Part shown: in pieces, positions 52,685 through 64,000 of the stretch
Layout of the letters: every line of letters starts with the position of its first letter
Numbering within the stretch: position 1 is the first letter of the stretch
Assembly: GCF_009914755.1 (NCBI RefSeq)
Contig: NC_060931.1
Source of the DNA: the human T2T-CHM13v2.0 reference genome, Homo sapiens
DNA: 64,000 nt
Strand: one strand, 5' to 3'
Notes under the pieces: generated by a model
The model's input: the letters and a program-made list of their open reading frames with translations, nothing else
Databases searched by the model: none
What the model was told of the DNA's origin: nothing
Translations under genes and position numbers: made by a program

Positions 52685-54087
52685 CTAACAACAACAATGT
52701 ACTCTGAGCTGTTTCACTCTGGTGAAAGAAATTAAACCTTGTATGGGAGCGCATAAACGTTTAGAAAGAGATGTTCTTGCCATATCTTTGCAGTTAACAA
52801 ATGTAACCAGAGAGTTCTGGGGTTTGTGGGCTTGCCTGGTGGCCACTAAAGCTTCTTTCTCTTTCTTGTATTTCCTTTCTCTTTCCTGGGCCTCCCTGTC
52901 TCTATTATAAAAGACCAAGGTGGCCACTTTTCAGGAGGTCTCTAATGTACTATGTGGTCCCAGGGCCCATTTCTGTAGCTTCCTCATGATGTTAGCAGTT
53001 GCCTGAGTAATAAATGTATCCTTTGGGATTAGCTGTCCCTCGACAGAATCAGGAGATAGAGAGGTGTGATTTACCAAGGCCTCTCTTAGCCTCTCCAGGA
53101 AGGCGGTGGGATTTTCATCAAATCTCTGGTTGATCATGGACAACTTAATGTAATTGAGAGGTTTGGTTTTAATCCTACATAACTCCTCAATTATGCACAC
53201 CTGAAAGTCTCTCTTCTAGTCTTCCAACTCATCACCAAGATCTCATTTGGGGTCATCCATTGGTATTTCTTCTCTTCCAGTTGGATAATATTTGCCCCCT
53301 TCCTGGATGCTATATGTGATGCAAAGCTCATCCACAAATCTGTCTGCTGCTCGCGGGGCTGCCTGTTTCTCAGTGTCTGTCAGGGTCTGATTCGAAAGTA
53401 ACAATGTTTCTCCAGGGCAGTTCAAATATTTGGGTGAATTTCTGGAAAGCCTCTATATATTTTTCAGGGTCATCTGAAAACTTGCCAAGAACCTCCTTAA
53501 TTTGCTGTAAGTCTTGTAGGGAGAAGGGGACCTGGACCTTACTGGGCCCAAATTCGCTGGGCACCTGTTGGAGGGGCAAGATGAGACTGGGGCTTGTTTA
53601 GGGTGAGAATTTCTAGGAGGAAGCCAGTGAGAGGCTGATGCTGGATAGGGAGGTTGGGGTGGACCTGGAGGAGCAGGGCTTGAGGGAGTTGGCTCCTCTG
53701 CTGGGGGCACCTCTGGGATTTGTATATTTAATTCCTTGGGCTTGCCCTTGCAACCTTCCCTGAGACAGCAAACAAGAGGACTAGATCAATCCTACATTGT
53801 TGACAAAGTTCTTGATTGCCTTGCAAGGTATAGAAAGCTTTCACATATGGGGCCTGAGGTCATCTATCCTCACATCTACAGAAAAGTTCCAACGACCAGA
53901 TGGTATGAAATGAATGGTCCCTTTCTGTGGCCAGTCCTTGCTGTAAAGGATAATTTGGGCAAACCTCTGTGCAAACGGTTGTGAGGCACTCTTCCTCCAC
54001 ATTCTGAGGATCAAAGCCGTCCCAGTGGTTCAGGACACACTCCAGCAGAATATAAGCTGGGGGTGGTGAAGAAAACTGGCTGCCCAT
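52685..54087 (-). pseudogene. gag: Frameshifted gammaretrovirus-like gag (MA, Pro-rich region, CA)
   Basis: MGSQFSS...PAYILLECVLNHWD (MA); VPFSLQDLQQIKEVLGKFSDDP; major-homology-region-like QRFDENPTAFLERLREAL; split across several ORFs. Confidence 0.92.
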
Positions 54088-54634
54088 TCTGAAAGACAGG
54101 AAATAGAGGCATTTCTCATTCCCTTCCTTCTTACAGTGAAAATTCAGGGTGTGATGGAGAGAAAAAGTGAGCCTCCTCCCTTCACCTTTCACCTCTTATC
54201 CCTGATCCCGGGCGACCTTGGCAGGTGCCAGCTATAGGTACTGATGTATGCACCCATGAAGCAGGGAAAACCTGGAGAATAGGAATTAACCAGCATCACC
54301 TGTGCCTCCCTTTCTCCCTGCTGTCAACAAACTTTGAGTTTCCTGGGCCTGTTTATGTTGCGAAGCATGGTTTCCTTCCTTGGGGTGGGGTTTTAGTGGG
54401 CAGGAATTGGTCCTGCTCATTTACATTGGGCCTGTTGGTTGGCTTTGGATCCCTCAGACCTGGTTTTTCTTTCTAGGGCCTTAGTCTGAAGCTTGAAATC
54501 GAGTTTGGGACTGAAAAAGTATTTTTGAGGCTGTTTGTGTCCCATTAAGCTGTCTCAAATAAGCCCTGCTGAATTTGCAGTTTTCAGCTAGCAGGAGTCA
54601 TTCCTCCATTAACTTCCCTATCAAAAACAGAGTT

Positions 54635-54721
54635 GGGGAAGGGTGGGGCGGGGTGGGGCGGAGCGGGGTGGGACGGGGCGGGGCGGAGTGGGGGGGGGGG
54701 GGGGATCCGGGTGAGGCGGGG
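54635..54721 (+). repeat. G-rich (GGGGY)n tract plus G15, G-quadruplex/GC-box potential
   Basis: More than 10 runs of at least three G; several ggggcgg motifs. Confidence 0.9.
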
Positions 54722-54745
54722 CTTACTTAGAAAATAAAAAAAAGA

Positions 54746-55120
<375 letters not shown>

Positions 55121-56241
55121 TTAGTGCAGGTGGGTCACTTTAATTATTGTATCTTTCCCCTGGTTGAGACTGGGTTCGATTCCTTGGCCAGGGGAGAAAC
55201 GTTCTGTTGGCCTGGCGGGTGAGAAGCACCATCCACTGGCCCTGTGGTTGTTGGGCTCGGCCTTTGGCCTTTGCCTGCTGCCGGCACGCCCAGCAACAAG
55301 CTGGGTGCAGAAAGGTTAATGGGAGGTGCCCTGAACCGTGTGTGCCTGTGGCTGTCGCGGTGGAGGCATAGATGGCACCTCTAGGAACAGTTGGTCTGAT
55401 TTGCACCTTTGGCGGCTGAGCCAAATGATCATTTTACTTAGTAACATTGACGCTTTAAATACTCTAAAGCCAGTGAGTTAGGGCAATCATAAAACTCATT
55501 TTTTTTTCTGCCTCTTAGGGAGTAATGTCATTTGTTGCCTGATGTGTCTTGAACAACAATATTTTATATATTTTGTCGTTTTTTTCTTGATTGTTTCAGA
55601 CAAAAGGGTAAACTTAGATCGTGTTAATTCATATTTGCTAGCAAGAATTCCAGATTTCTAAGTCCGGAGAATTTTTTAAAGATTAATGCATATGTATTTT
55701 AAAGAAATGTTCTTTATTTTAAATATGATTTATACATAAACTAATACTTTTGTAATTATTTTTAAAAATTATAAGTACATAAATTGCCATTAACTACATT
55801 CAAGTAATTTTCCAAATTAGATTAAAATATATTCTCTAAGATTGTTTATCATGATTTAGCATGTTATATACAGTTGATGTCATATTAAAGATAACTGAAA
55901 TATAAATGTTTTATACTAACATTAAATTTTGCAGTATTGAAGATGTGATAATTTTGAGATAAATTTATTCTTAGTTTACTAAGATTTTCATATGTACTTT
56001 AATTAAATTCATGATGGTTATAATTTCAAATGGTATTGCTACATTTAGTGAATACAGCTGTATTCAGTAAATACACCAAAGTGTATATTTTACTAGTAAA
56101 ATACATATGTATTTTCAAAATTAAGCCAACACAAAGAGAACCCAAAATAAACCTCCATATGTGTACAATATACAGTTATAGTTCCAGCTCCTGCTTATTT
56201 AAATTAGTTTTGTAGTCATCCCTGTTTTCCCAATATTAAAG

Positions 56242-56280
56242 CTATTCTTTCTTTTCTGTACTGATAAAATGCATCTGGAG
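56242..56280 (+). pseudogene. Weak candidate micro-exon relic
   Basis: ccctgttttcccaatattaaag acceptor, gag|gtaata donor; YSFFSVLIKCIW resembles the post-TM5 FFALVLK-type motif. Confidence 0.25.
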
Positions 56281-56659
56281 GTAATAAGATACTTATGTTT
56301 GCTTGAAGACACAAATATTATGACTGCTCAGATTCCAAAATTCAATGGCACCTTTGTCACCAATTACTTTAGCAGAACTTTGCTGAGATCATTTTTAAGA
56401 AATCCTTTGACATACGCATGGGCTTGCTCATTTTCAGTTTAAGCAAACAAAACCTACTATCTGCATTTCCATGTAGAGAAAATAATTCTGATTACTCTAA
56501 GGGGTTGTAGATAAATATACATAAAGATATAGCCAATTTAAACTTACCAAAAAAAAAGCTCTGATAAGGTTTTAACACGAAGTTTATTTTTAAAACTTAT
56601 TCACAGAATTCCAAGAAGATAATTTTTGCTAGTCTTAAAATGTTTAATAAGAACAACTA

Positions 56660-56965
56660 TAATAAAAGCTAACACTGAATGCTTACACTATGCATGCTAT
56701 AGTGTAGTTGCAGTGTCTAAGGGTTTTGCATGTTAACTAATTGAATCTAAATTGAAAACCAAAATGATTTATTGTTATCCTCATTTTGCTGTTGCAGAAA
56801 CTGAGGCATGGACAGGTTTTTAACATGTCATAGATATAATAGCTTTCCATAGATGGCATATTTAGAATATGCAGTATTTGGTTTTCTGTTCCTAATAGTG
56901 AATCAAGGATTCAAAGCCAGAAACACGATGACTCTGGGTCCAGATCCCTATCTGCTAAGGCGTTA
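56660..56965 (-). mobile_element. MIR containing a short templated insertion
   Basis: tatcctcattttgc...gaaactgaggcat...ggattcaaagccag. Confidence 0.8.
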
Positions 56966-57274
56966 CTTTTTTGTATCTCTCTACCTTAGAAGCAAATTAA
57001 TGCTTTCTTTTAACAAGTCAGGTTGATCAACAATGTTAGTCTCATGCACTTCATATTTCTAATTACTATACTCTCATGATTTCAAAATGTATATCTTGTG
57101 ATCCCGAAATCTCTCCTGACATGCATCGAGCCTCTCCACCTAGACTTCAGCATCACCATGAACGAGCTTCTTATTCTCTTACCCTAAATATGACTGTTGC
57201 ACTTCTTCTATAATGATTGAAATCATTGATTATCTATACTCACTATTTCTCTATTTCTATCCTTCCTCTCATTT

Positions 57275-59225
57275 TTTATTTGAAAAAAAATTAAGTTTAT
57301 TACAAAGTTACAGGTATAATACAAATAATTTCTTTTCTGAACAATTTAGTAATAAGTTGCTGATATCACTTCCAAATACTTTACTGTGCAGTTTTATTTT
57401 ACAAATAAGGACATTCTTATTGTTAAACACAGTACAACCATAAAAATCAGTAAATTTACATTAATATATTGCTAACATTAATTCTAAGATCCCATTGAAG
57501 TTCTTTTTTTAACTTTTACTTTCAGGGGTACATGTGCAGGTTTGTTATACAGGTGAATTCCGTGTCACAGGGGATTGGTGGATGGATGATTTTATCACCA
57601 AAATAATAAGCATAGTACCCAATAGGTAGTTTTTCAAACCTCACCCTTCTTCTATCCTCCACACTCAAGTAGGCCCTAGTGTCTATTGATCCCTTTTTTG
57701 TCACCGTTTGTACCCAATATTTAGCTCCCACTTATAAGTAAGAATATGCAGTATTTGGTTTTCTGTTCCTGCATAAGTTTATAAGAAAATGGCTCCCAGC
57801 TGCATCCATGTTGCTACAAAGGACATAATCTCGTTTTTCTTAATGGCTGTGTAGTATTCCATGGTGTAGATTTACCACATTTTTTAATCTAGTGTTCTGT
57901 TGAAGGGCATTTTGGTTTATTCCATGTCTTTACTATTGTGAATAGTACTGTGATGAACATACATGGGCATATGTCTTTATGGTAGAATGATTTACATCCC
58001 TTTGAGTATATACACAATACTGGGATTGTTGTGATGAATGGTAGTTCTGTTTTAAGCTATTTGAGAAATGGCCAAAATGCTTTCCATAATGACTGAACTA
58101 ATTTACATTCCTACCAACAATGTATAAGTGTTCTTTTTTCTCTGTAACCTCGCCAGCACCTGTTCTTTTTTGACTTTTTAATAATAACCATTCTGACTTA
58201 TGTGAGATGGCATCTCACTGTGGTTTGATTTGCATTTCTATAGTGATTAGTGATGTTGAGTACTTTTTTATATGTTTGTTGGCCACATGTATGTCTTCTT
58301 TTGAAGTATCTGTTCATGTCTTTTGCCCATTTTTTAATGGGGTTGCTTGTTTCTTGCTTGTTAATTTAAGTTCTTTATACATTCTGGATATCAGAGCTTT
58401 GTCAGATGCAGAGTTTGCAAATATTTTCTCCCATTCTGTGGGTTGTCTGTTTACTCTGTTGATACTTTCTTTTGCTCTGCAGAAGCTCTTTAGTTTTATT
58501 AGATCTCATTTGTCAATTTTTGTTGTTTTTTTTTGCAATTACCTTAAAGTTTTATCACTAGTCTCACAATGCCCTTTAGAGCAAGAGCATTCAATTCATA
58601 ATTACAAGTACTACTGAATTTTTATGTCTCTACTTTTTTCAATCTTGAATAGATGTTCAATCTTTCTTTGAATTTCATGACCACTACGTATGTGAATATA
58701 AAAACAATTATCTTATATAATGATCCTCATAATGTATTTAATGTGTCCCATGATTACTTTCATGTTGTGATTCTTTGACTTTAAAAGTGATACTCTGGCA
58801 GATCATTTCCATTTGTTTCCTTACTGGTTATGTTAACTCTGATTATCTGGCAGAATTCCCAGTTATCAGACTTCTTACTGACTAGTCAGTCAATAAATAT
58901 TCAAACAAATATCCCAACAAAAAAATTTTGTTGGGAACTATGTTGAGACTATGTAAATATCTTGTAATTATAAACTTTCAATGTACTCAATTACATTCAG
59001 TATATTCAAATTTATCATGGCTTCCTGTTTAAAAAATAATTACAGTTTGCTACTATTATTATTTTTATAATCAGATTGTCCCTCTTTGGCCAGTGAGGGT
59101 CCACTTAAGTTAGCCTCTGTATCCTTTGAACATGCTCTTTTCCACTTTATTGAGTGTCTCTATTCTAGCATAAGATAGCCAAAATTCATCTTGCTTTTTG
59201 CCTTCGCTAGCCTTGGAAACAGCCA
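57275..59225 (-). mobile_element. L1MC/L1ME 3' region split by a younger L1PA
   Basis: aaataaggacattctta...cagtaaatttacatt; cctctttggccagtgagggtccacttaagttagcctctgtatccttt. Confidence 0.6.
57502..58540 (-). mobile_element. L1PA (L1PA15/16-like) 3' fragment
   Basis: ggggtacatgtgcaggtttgttatacagg...agctcccacttataagt...tgcagaagctctttagt. Confidence 0.92.
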
Positions 59226-59227
59226 CT

Positions 59228-60110
59228 TACCAAAAAAGCATGGTACTGATACAAAAACAGACACATAAGCCAATAAACAGAATGGAGATCTCAGAAATAA
59301 GACCGCACATTTACAACCATCTAATCTTTGAACAAGCCTGACAAAAGCAAGCAATGGAAAGAATTCCGTATTCAATAAATGGTGCTAGAATAACTGGCCA
59401 GCCATATGCAGAAAATTGAAACTGGACTCCTTCCTTACACCATATACAAAAATTAACTTAAGATGGATTAAAGACTTAAGTGTAAAACCAGAAACTACTA
59501 AAACCCTGGAAGACAACCTATGCAATTCCATTCAGGACATAGGCATGGGCAAAGATTTTATGATGAAGACACCAAAAGCTATTGCAACAAAAGCAAAACT
59601 TGGCAAATGATATCTAATTAAACTAATGAAGCTCTGCACAGCAAAGAAACTATCAGCAGAGTAAACAGACAACCTATAGAATAGGAGAAAATTTGTGAAA
59701 AATATGTATCTGACAAAGGTCCATTATTGAGCATCTTTAAAGAACTTAAACAAATTTACAAGAAAAAATCCTCATTTAAAAATGGGCAAAAACTTGAACA
59801 GACACATCTCAAAATAAGACATACATGCAGCCAACAAGCATGCTAAAAAAAAAAGCTCAACATCATTGATTGTTAGAGAAATGCAAATCAAAACCACAAT
59901 GAGATACCGTCTCATATCAATCATAATGGCTATCATTAAAAAGTCAAAAAATAACAGATGCCAGCTAGGTTGTGGAGAAAAAGGATCACTTACTCACTGT
60001 TGGTGGGAGTATAAATTAGTTCAACCATTGTGGAAGACTGTGTGGCAATTCCTCAAAGACCTAAAGTCAGAAATACCATTTGACTCTGTAATTTCTTTAC
60101 TGGGTATATA
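59228..60110 (+). mobile_element. L1PA ORF2 fragment truncated at both ends
   Basis: ORFs [20 protein letters not shown] and [11 protein letters not shown]...[16 protein letters not shown]. Confidence 0.92.
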
Positions 60111-60143
60111 CTGTTACTCCTTTTTCTAGTCAGAAAAGGTTTC

Positions 60144-60323
60144 TACCATCATAGTCTGGTAAAACTTTAGAGAATTTTAGTAAAAATTTTAAAAAGTTTG
60201 TACTTCCATAACTACATGTGTTATGGATATGAACATGTTCATATCCATATAACATGTTTATATCCATATCATATATGGGCATTAATAACCACATAATGGG
60301 GTTTATATTCTTGCTGTGTCAGG
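60144..60323 (+). repeat. 180-bp copy of 61998-62179, flanked by a 71-bp direct repeat
   Basis: About 12 substitutions and one 2-bp indel versus the donor; flanking repeat 60066-60136 / 60323-60393 with 6 mismatches. Confidence 0.95.
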
Positions 60324-60799
60324 TCAGAAATGACATTTGACTCAGTAATTCCATTACTGGGTATATACTGTTACTCCTTTTTCTAGTGAGAAATCAGGCT
60401 CTCATAAACATTAATATGTCTATTTATGGAACTTCTTGTATGTATCTAATCTCTCATAACCACCATTGTCTGCTCCCCTGCATTATTGCCCTCCCTGCAT
60501 TCTTGCCCTCCCTACACCACTTGACTCGAACTTCCTGCCTGAGCTACTTATGTTGCCACACAATTGGATGTGTGGCAATCCCACCCTAAGCTAACAATCT
60601 GTGCTGACTGCCTCTCCTCAGGTATGCCCTCTGATGCCACATGGGCTCCAATATGCTGTACTAGAGAGCACTCCATATGACACCATTCTTTACTCTGATC
60701 AGGACCCTGTTAAATTCAAGATAAATGCCTAAATATTTACAATAGATCAGAAGACCCCGCAAGATAAAGCTTCCTTGTTCCTAGTAAGAACAGATCATT

Positions 60800-61030
60800 T
60801 ACTACTCCCTACTCACTCAGCTTCAGCCACCCACCCTTCTTGCTATTCCTAAAATACACCAGACACTCACTTCTCATAGGGAATTTGAACTTGTATTCTT
60901 TGCACTATGCACTTGTTGCTCTTATTTTCTGGAATTCCATTTCATCAGACAACTGCAAAGCTAATTACCTCATCTTCTTTCTATTAGTAGTCAAATGCCA
61001 CCTCGTCAGCAAAGCCACAATACAGTCTTG
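60800..61030 (+). mobile_element. L2 fragment
   Basis: actcagcttcagccac...cttcttgctattcctaaaatacaccag. Confidence 0.6.
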
Positions 61031-61034
61031 TTAA

Positions 61035-61615
61035 CTATAGGAACAACACTGTGTAATAAATATCTAGATTTTGATCATCCTGCATAACTCAAACTGTACA
61101 CCCATTGAATAGGAAGTCCCCATTTTCTCCTCCCTTTATCCTCTGGCAACCACCATTCTACTCTCTGTTTCAATCTATTTGCCTACTTTATATACCTCAT
61201 ATAAGTAAAATCATGAAGTATTTATCCTGTGGTGACTGGCTTGTCTGGTGTAGGATGATTTCCTTTAGGTGCATCTACAGTTTTACATATGGTGGAATTT
61301 CTTTGTTTAATGTTGAATAATATTGTATTATATGTATATTCATATTTCTACTAACAGTGTACAAGGGTTCAAATGTCTCCACATTTTCACCAACAGTTTT
61401 TTAAAAACTATGGCCATCTTAATAGGCATGAGGTGATATCTCATAGTTTCGATATACATTTCGCTGATGATTAGTGATGTTGAGTATCTTTTCATATACT
61501 TCTTGGCCATTTGTGAGTGTTCTTTAGAGAAATGCCTACTTATGTCATTTGCCAATTTAAAAATCAGATTAGTTGTTTGTTTATTTTTTGGTATTGAGTT
61601 GTAGGAGTTCATGTC
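61035..61615 (-). mobile_element. L1MA/L1MB 3' fragment
   Basis: ctctggcaaccaccattctactctctgttt, gatgattagtgatgttgagtatcttttcat. Confidence 0.85.
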
Positions 61616-62648
61616 CTGTTTTTTAAAAATTTTTACAATTTTACATCTTATTTTTTTCCATGAAGACCTCTATTATGTATCATTCTTAAGTAGGTTAATC
61701 AGTATGAATAATCTACACAAATTAATCAATTGGCACAAATCAATCTGCAGATATTATGACTTTTATTGTTCATCCTTTGTTATCCATGACATGCTATGTC
61801 CCAGTTTACCTGTTAAAATACTTGTTAATTATCTTTAAAAAATTTTTATTCTCTGTGAGGTTATCATTCTTGGTTTTTCTTTCTTTTTTTTGTAATTTAT
61901 TCTAGACATTTTTTTAGCAGGAATCAGTACCAGGAATAAATTTGGTTAAATATTCAGCTTTAATTCTTCCTTATTTTTACCCGCTAAATATATCAGATAC
62001 CCTCATAGTCTTGTGAAACTTTAGAGAGTTTTAGGAAAAATTTTAAAAAGTTTGTACTTCCATAACTACATATGTGTTATGGATATGAACATGTCCATAT
62101 CCATATAACATGTTTATATCCATATCATGTATGGATATAAATAACCACATAATGGGGTTTATATTATTACTGTGTCAGGCAATTATGGATGTTTTCATTG
62201 CTTGAAAACTGAATTTTGTTTTTTTGATACAAAATTAATCATATGCTAAAAAATTTAGCCTAGCAAATTAAACTAATGAATGATATTCCTGTCATGTGTT
62301 ATGAAATAAAATTAGGAAAATTATCTTTATGGTTTTCTCAATCAAAGATAAAATTTATTCATTCATTCATCACATGATTACTGTGCACCTTCTGTATAAC
62401 AGACATGGTTCTACAGTTTGATAATCATTAGAGAACAAAGGAAATAAGTCTGGCACTCATGCACTGATGCTACATAAGATGTATTCTAGAATATTGAAGA
62501 TGAAAGTCATTATACCTTTATGAACTGAAATATTTAATAATATAATGCAGATGTTCTTCAAAAGTATCAGAGTAGATTATGCAAAAAGAATTTGTACAAA
62601 TGATTAAAGATAGTCGCACTCATAATTTTGATACCCTGTCAATACCAG

Positions 62649-62914
62649 TTGGTTTTAGTTTTCCTCCTATACAATGATGTGTGTAATTGGGCATAAAGAT
62701 GGATGTAGCATTGTAGTCTTGGATTCATCCTTACAATTTCCTTCTCATGCTTTGTTTGGCTGGAATAAATAGGAAATAATTTTTTATTTTTTTCTGCTAT
62801 TCGCACCCCAAGAGGGCCAACCTAGTTTATGAAAATCAAACTGTACGTTTTTATAGCTTCTGTTTTCATGGACGTTTTGAATTGCCACCTCAAATCATTG
62901 CAGAATCAGATATG
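62649..62914 (+). pseudogene. Candidate relics of channel-domain S1 and TOP segments (about 62649-62760 and 62813-62914)
   Basis: LVLVFLL / MMCVIGHKDG resembles FLxxLLLVAYGxRD. Acceptor ttttttctgctattcgcaccccaag precedes RANLVYENQTVRFYSFCFHGRFELPPQI, resembling GPPRLRQxR if frameshifts are allowed. Confidence 0.3.
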
Positions 62915-63207
62915 GTTTCTATTACCTTACCATTTTGCTTATAATTTATGAAGCAGACAGGATTTGTGTTTGATTTCCTTAAGCTTCACTGAAATTCTAG
63001 GTTGAGAATAACATTTATTTTGACTGGAAAGCTGAATAAACAAAATTTCAGAGTTTTAACAAGAATCATTTATCAAATCCATTGAGTTTAAAAAGTAGAA
63101 TAATTCTACAGAGTATTTATGTTTTCTTCTTTCTTTAAATGTTAGTTGTGTCAATAACATTTCAGAGTATGGATTTGGCTACAGACAGTCATCTTTACAG
63201 GATAAAA

Positions 63208-63568
63208 TGGATAGGTTTGGCTCTGTGTCCCCACCCAAATCTCATAGCTCCTATAATTCTGACATGTTGTGGAAGGAATCAAGTGGGAGATAATTGAATC
63301 ATGGGGACAGGTCTTCCCTATGCTGCTCTTGTGATAGTGAATAAGTCTCACGAGACCTGATCATTTTAAAAATGGGAGTTTCCCTGCATAAGATCTCCCT
63401 TTGCCTTCTGCCATCCATGTTAAGACGTGACTTGCTCCTCCTTACCTTCTACAATGATTGTGAGGCCTCACAGCCACATGAAACTGTGTGTCCAGCGAAC
63501 GTCTTTCTTTTGTAAATTGCCCAGTCTTGGGTAGATCTTTATCAGCAGTGTGAAAATGGACTAATAGA
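63208..63568 (+). mobile_element. THE1 (A/B-like) 5' LTR
   Basis: ggtttggctctgtgtccccacccaaatctcat...cagcagtgtgaaaatggactaata. Confidence 0.95.
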
Positions 63569-64000
63569 GTAAATTGGTACTGCGAGTGGGACGCTGCTGA
63601 AAAGATACCCAAAAATTTGGAAGTGACTTTGGAACTGAGTAAAAGGCAGAGGTGGGAACAGTTTGGAGGGCTCAGGAGAAGACAGGAAAATGTGGGTCAG
63701 TTTGGAACTCTCAGGAGACTTGTTGAATGGCTTTGACCAAAATGCTGGTAATGATATGGATCATGAAATCCAGGCTGATGTGGTCTCAGATGGAGATGAG
63801 GAACTTGTTGCGAACTGGAGGAAAGGTGACTCTTGTTATGTTTTATCAAAGAGACTGGTGGCATTTTGCCCCTGCCGTAGAGATCTGTGGAACTTTGAAC
63901 TTGAGAGAAATGAGTTAGGGTATCTGGCAGAATAAATTTCTAAGCATCAAAGCATTCAACAGTTGACTTGGGTGCTTTTAAAAGCATTCAGTTTAAAAAG
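63569..64000 (+). mobile_element. THE1 internal sequence, continuing beyond the window
   Basis: gtaaattggtac directly after the LTR; MaLR ORF-like EGSGEDRKMW...VSDGDEELVANW..GDSCY. Confidence 0.95.

Noticed and set aside
55156-55195. Functional tRNA gene
   Set aside because: Only 40 bp, with no D arm, anticodon arm or A-box.
57502-60110. Twin-priming 5' inversion of a single L1
   Set aside because: The two oppositely oriented pieces overlap in L1 coordinates and are separated by about 690 bp of older L1M sequence.

Overview
This is AT-rich primate (human-like) genomic DNA dominated by interspersed repeats: L1 of several ages, L2, MIR, Alu (including two young AluY), MaLR/ERVL LTRs, DNA transposon relics, a gag-only ERV1 provirus fragment and the 5' part of a THE1 element. 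There is no intact protein-coding gene, and the listed ORFs are mostly repeat-derived or chance. The main hypothesis is a decayed multi-exon gene on the + strand: about 13 short non-repetitive segments between 11.2 and 62.9 kb, many with good splice signals. Five consecutive segments are phase-compatible. Their translations resemble the polycystin-1 family (PKD1L/PKDREJ) in the expected order: GPS, TM1, PLAT, TM2-5, S1/TOP. Stops and frameshifts indicate a unitary pseudogene. This family call is a by-eye motif comparison and needs a profile search. Directly visible in the sequence are three local templated insertions, a 3'-truncated L1 with a 19-bp TSD, an internally deleted L1, a perfect 51-bp tandem duplication and a MADE1 hairpin with matched changes in both arms. 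Repeat subfamily names and many boundaries are approximate, recalled from consensus sequences.
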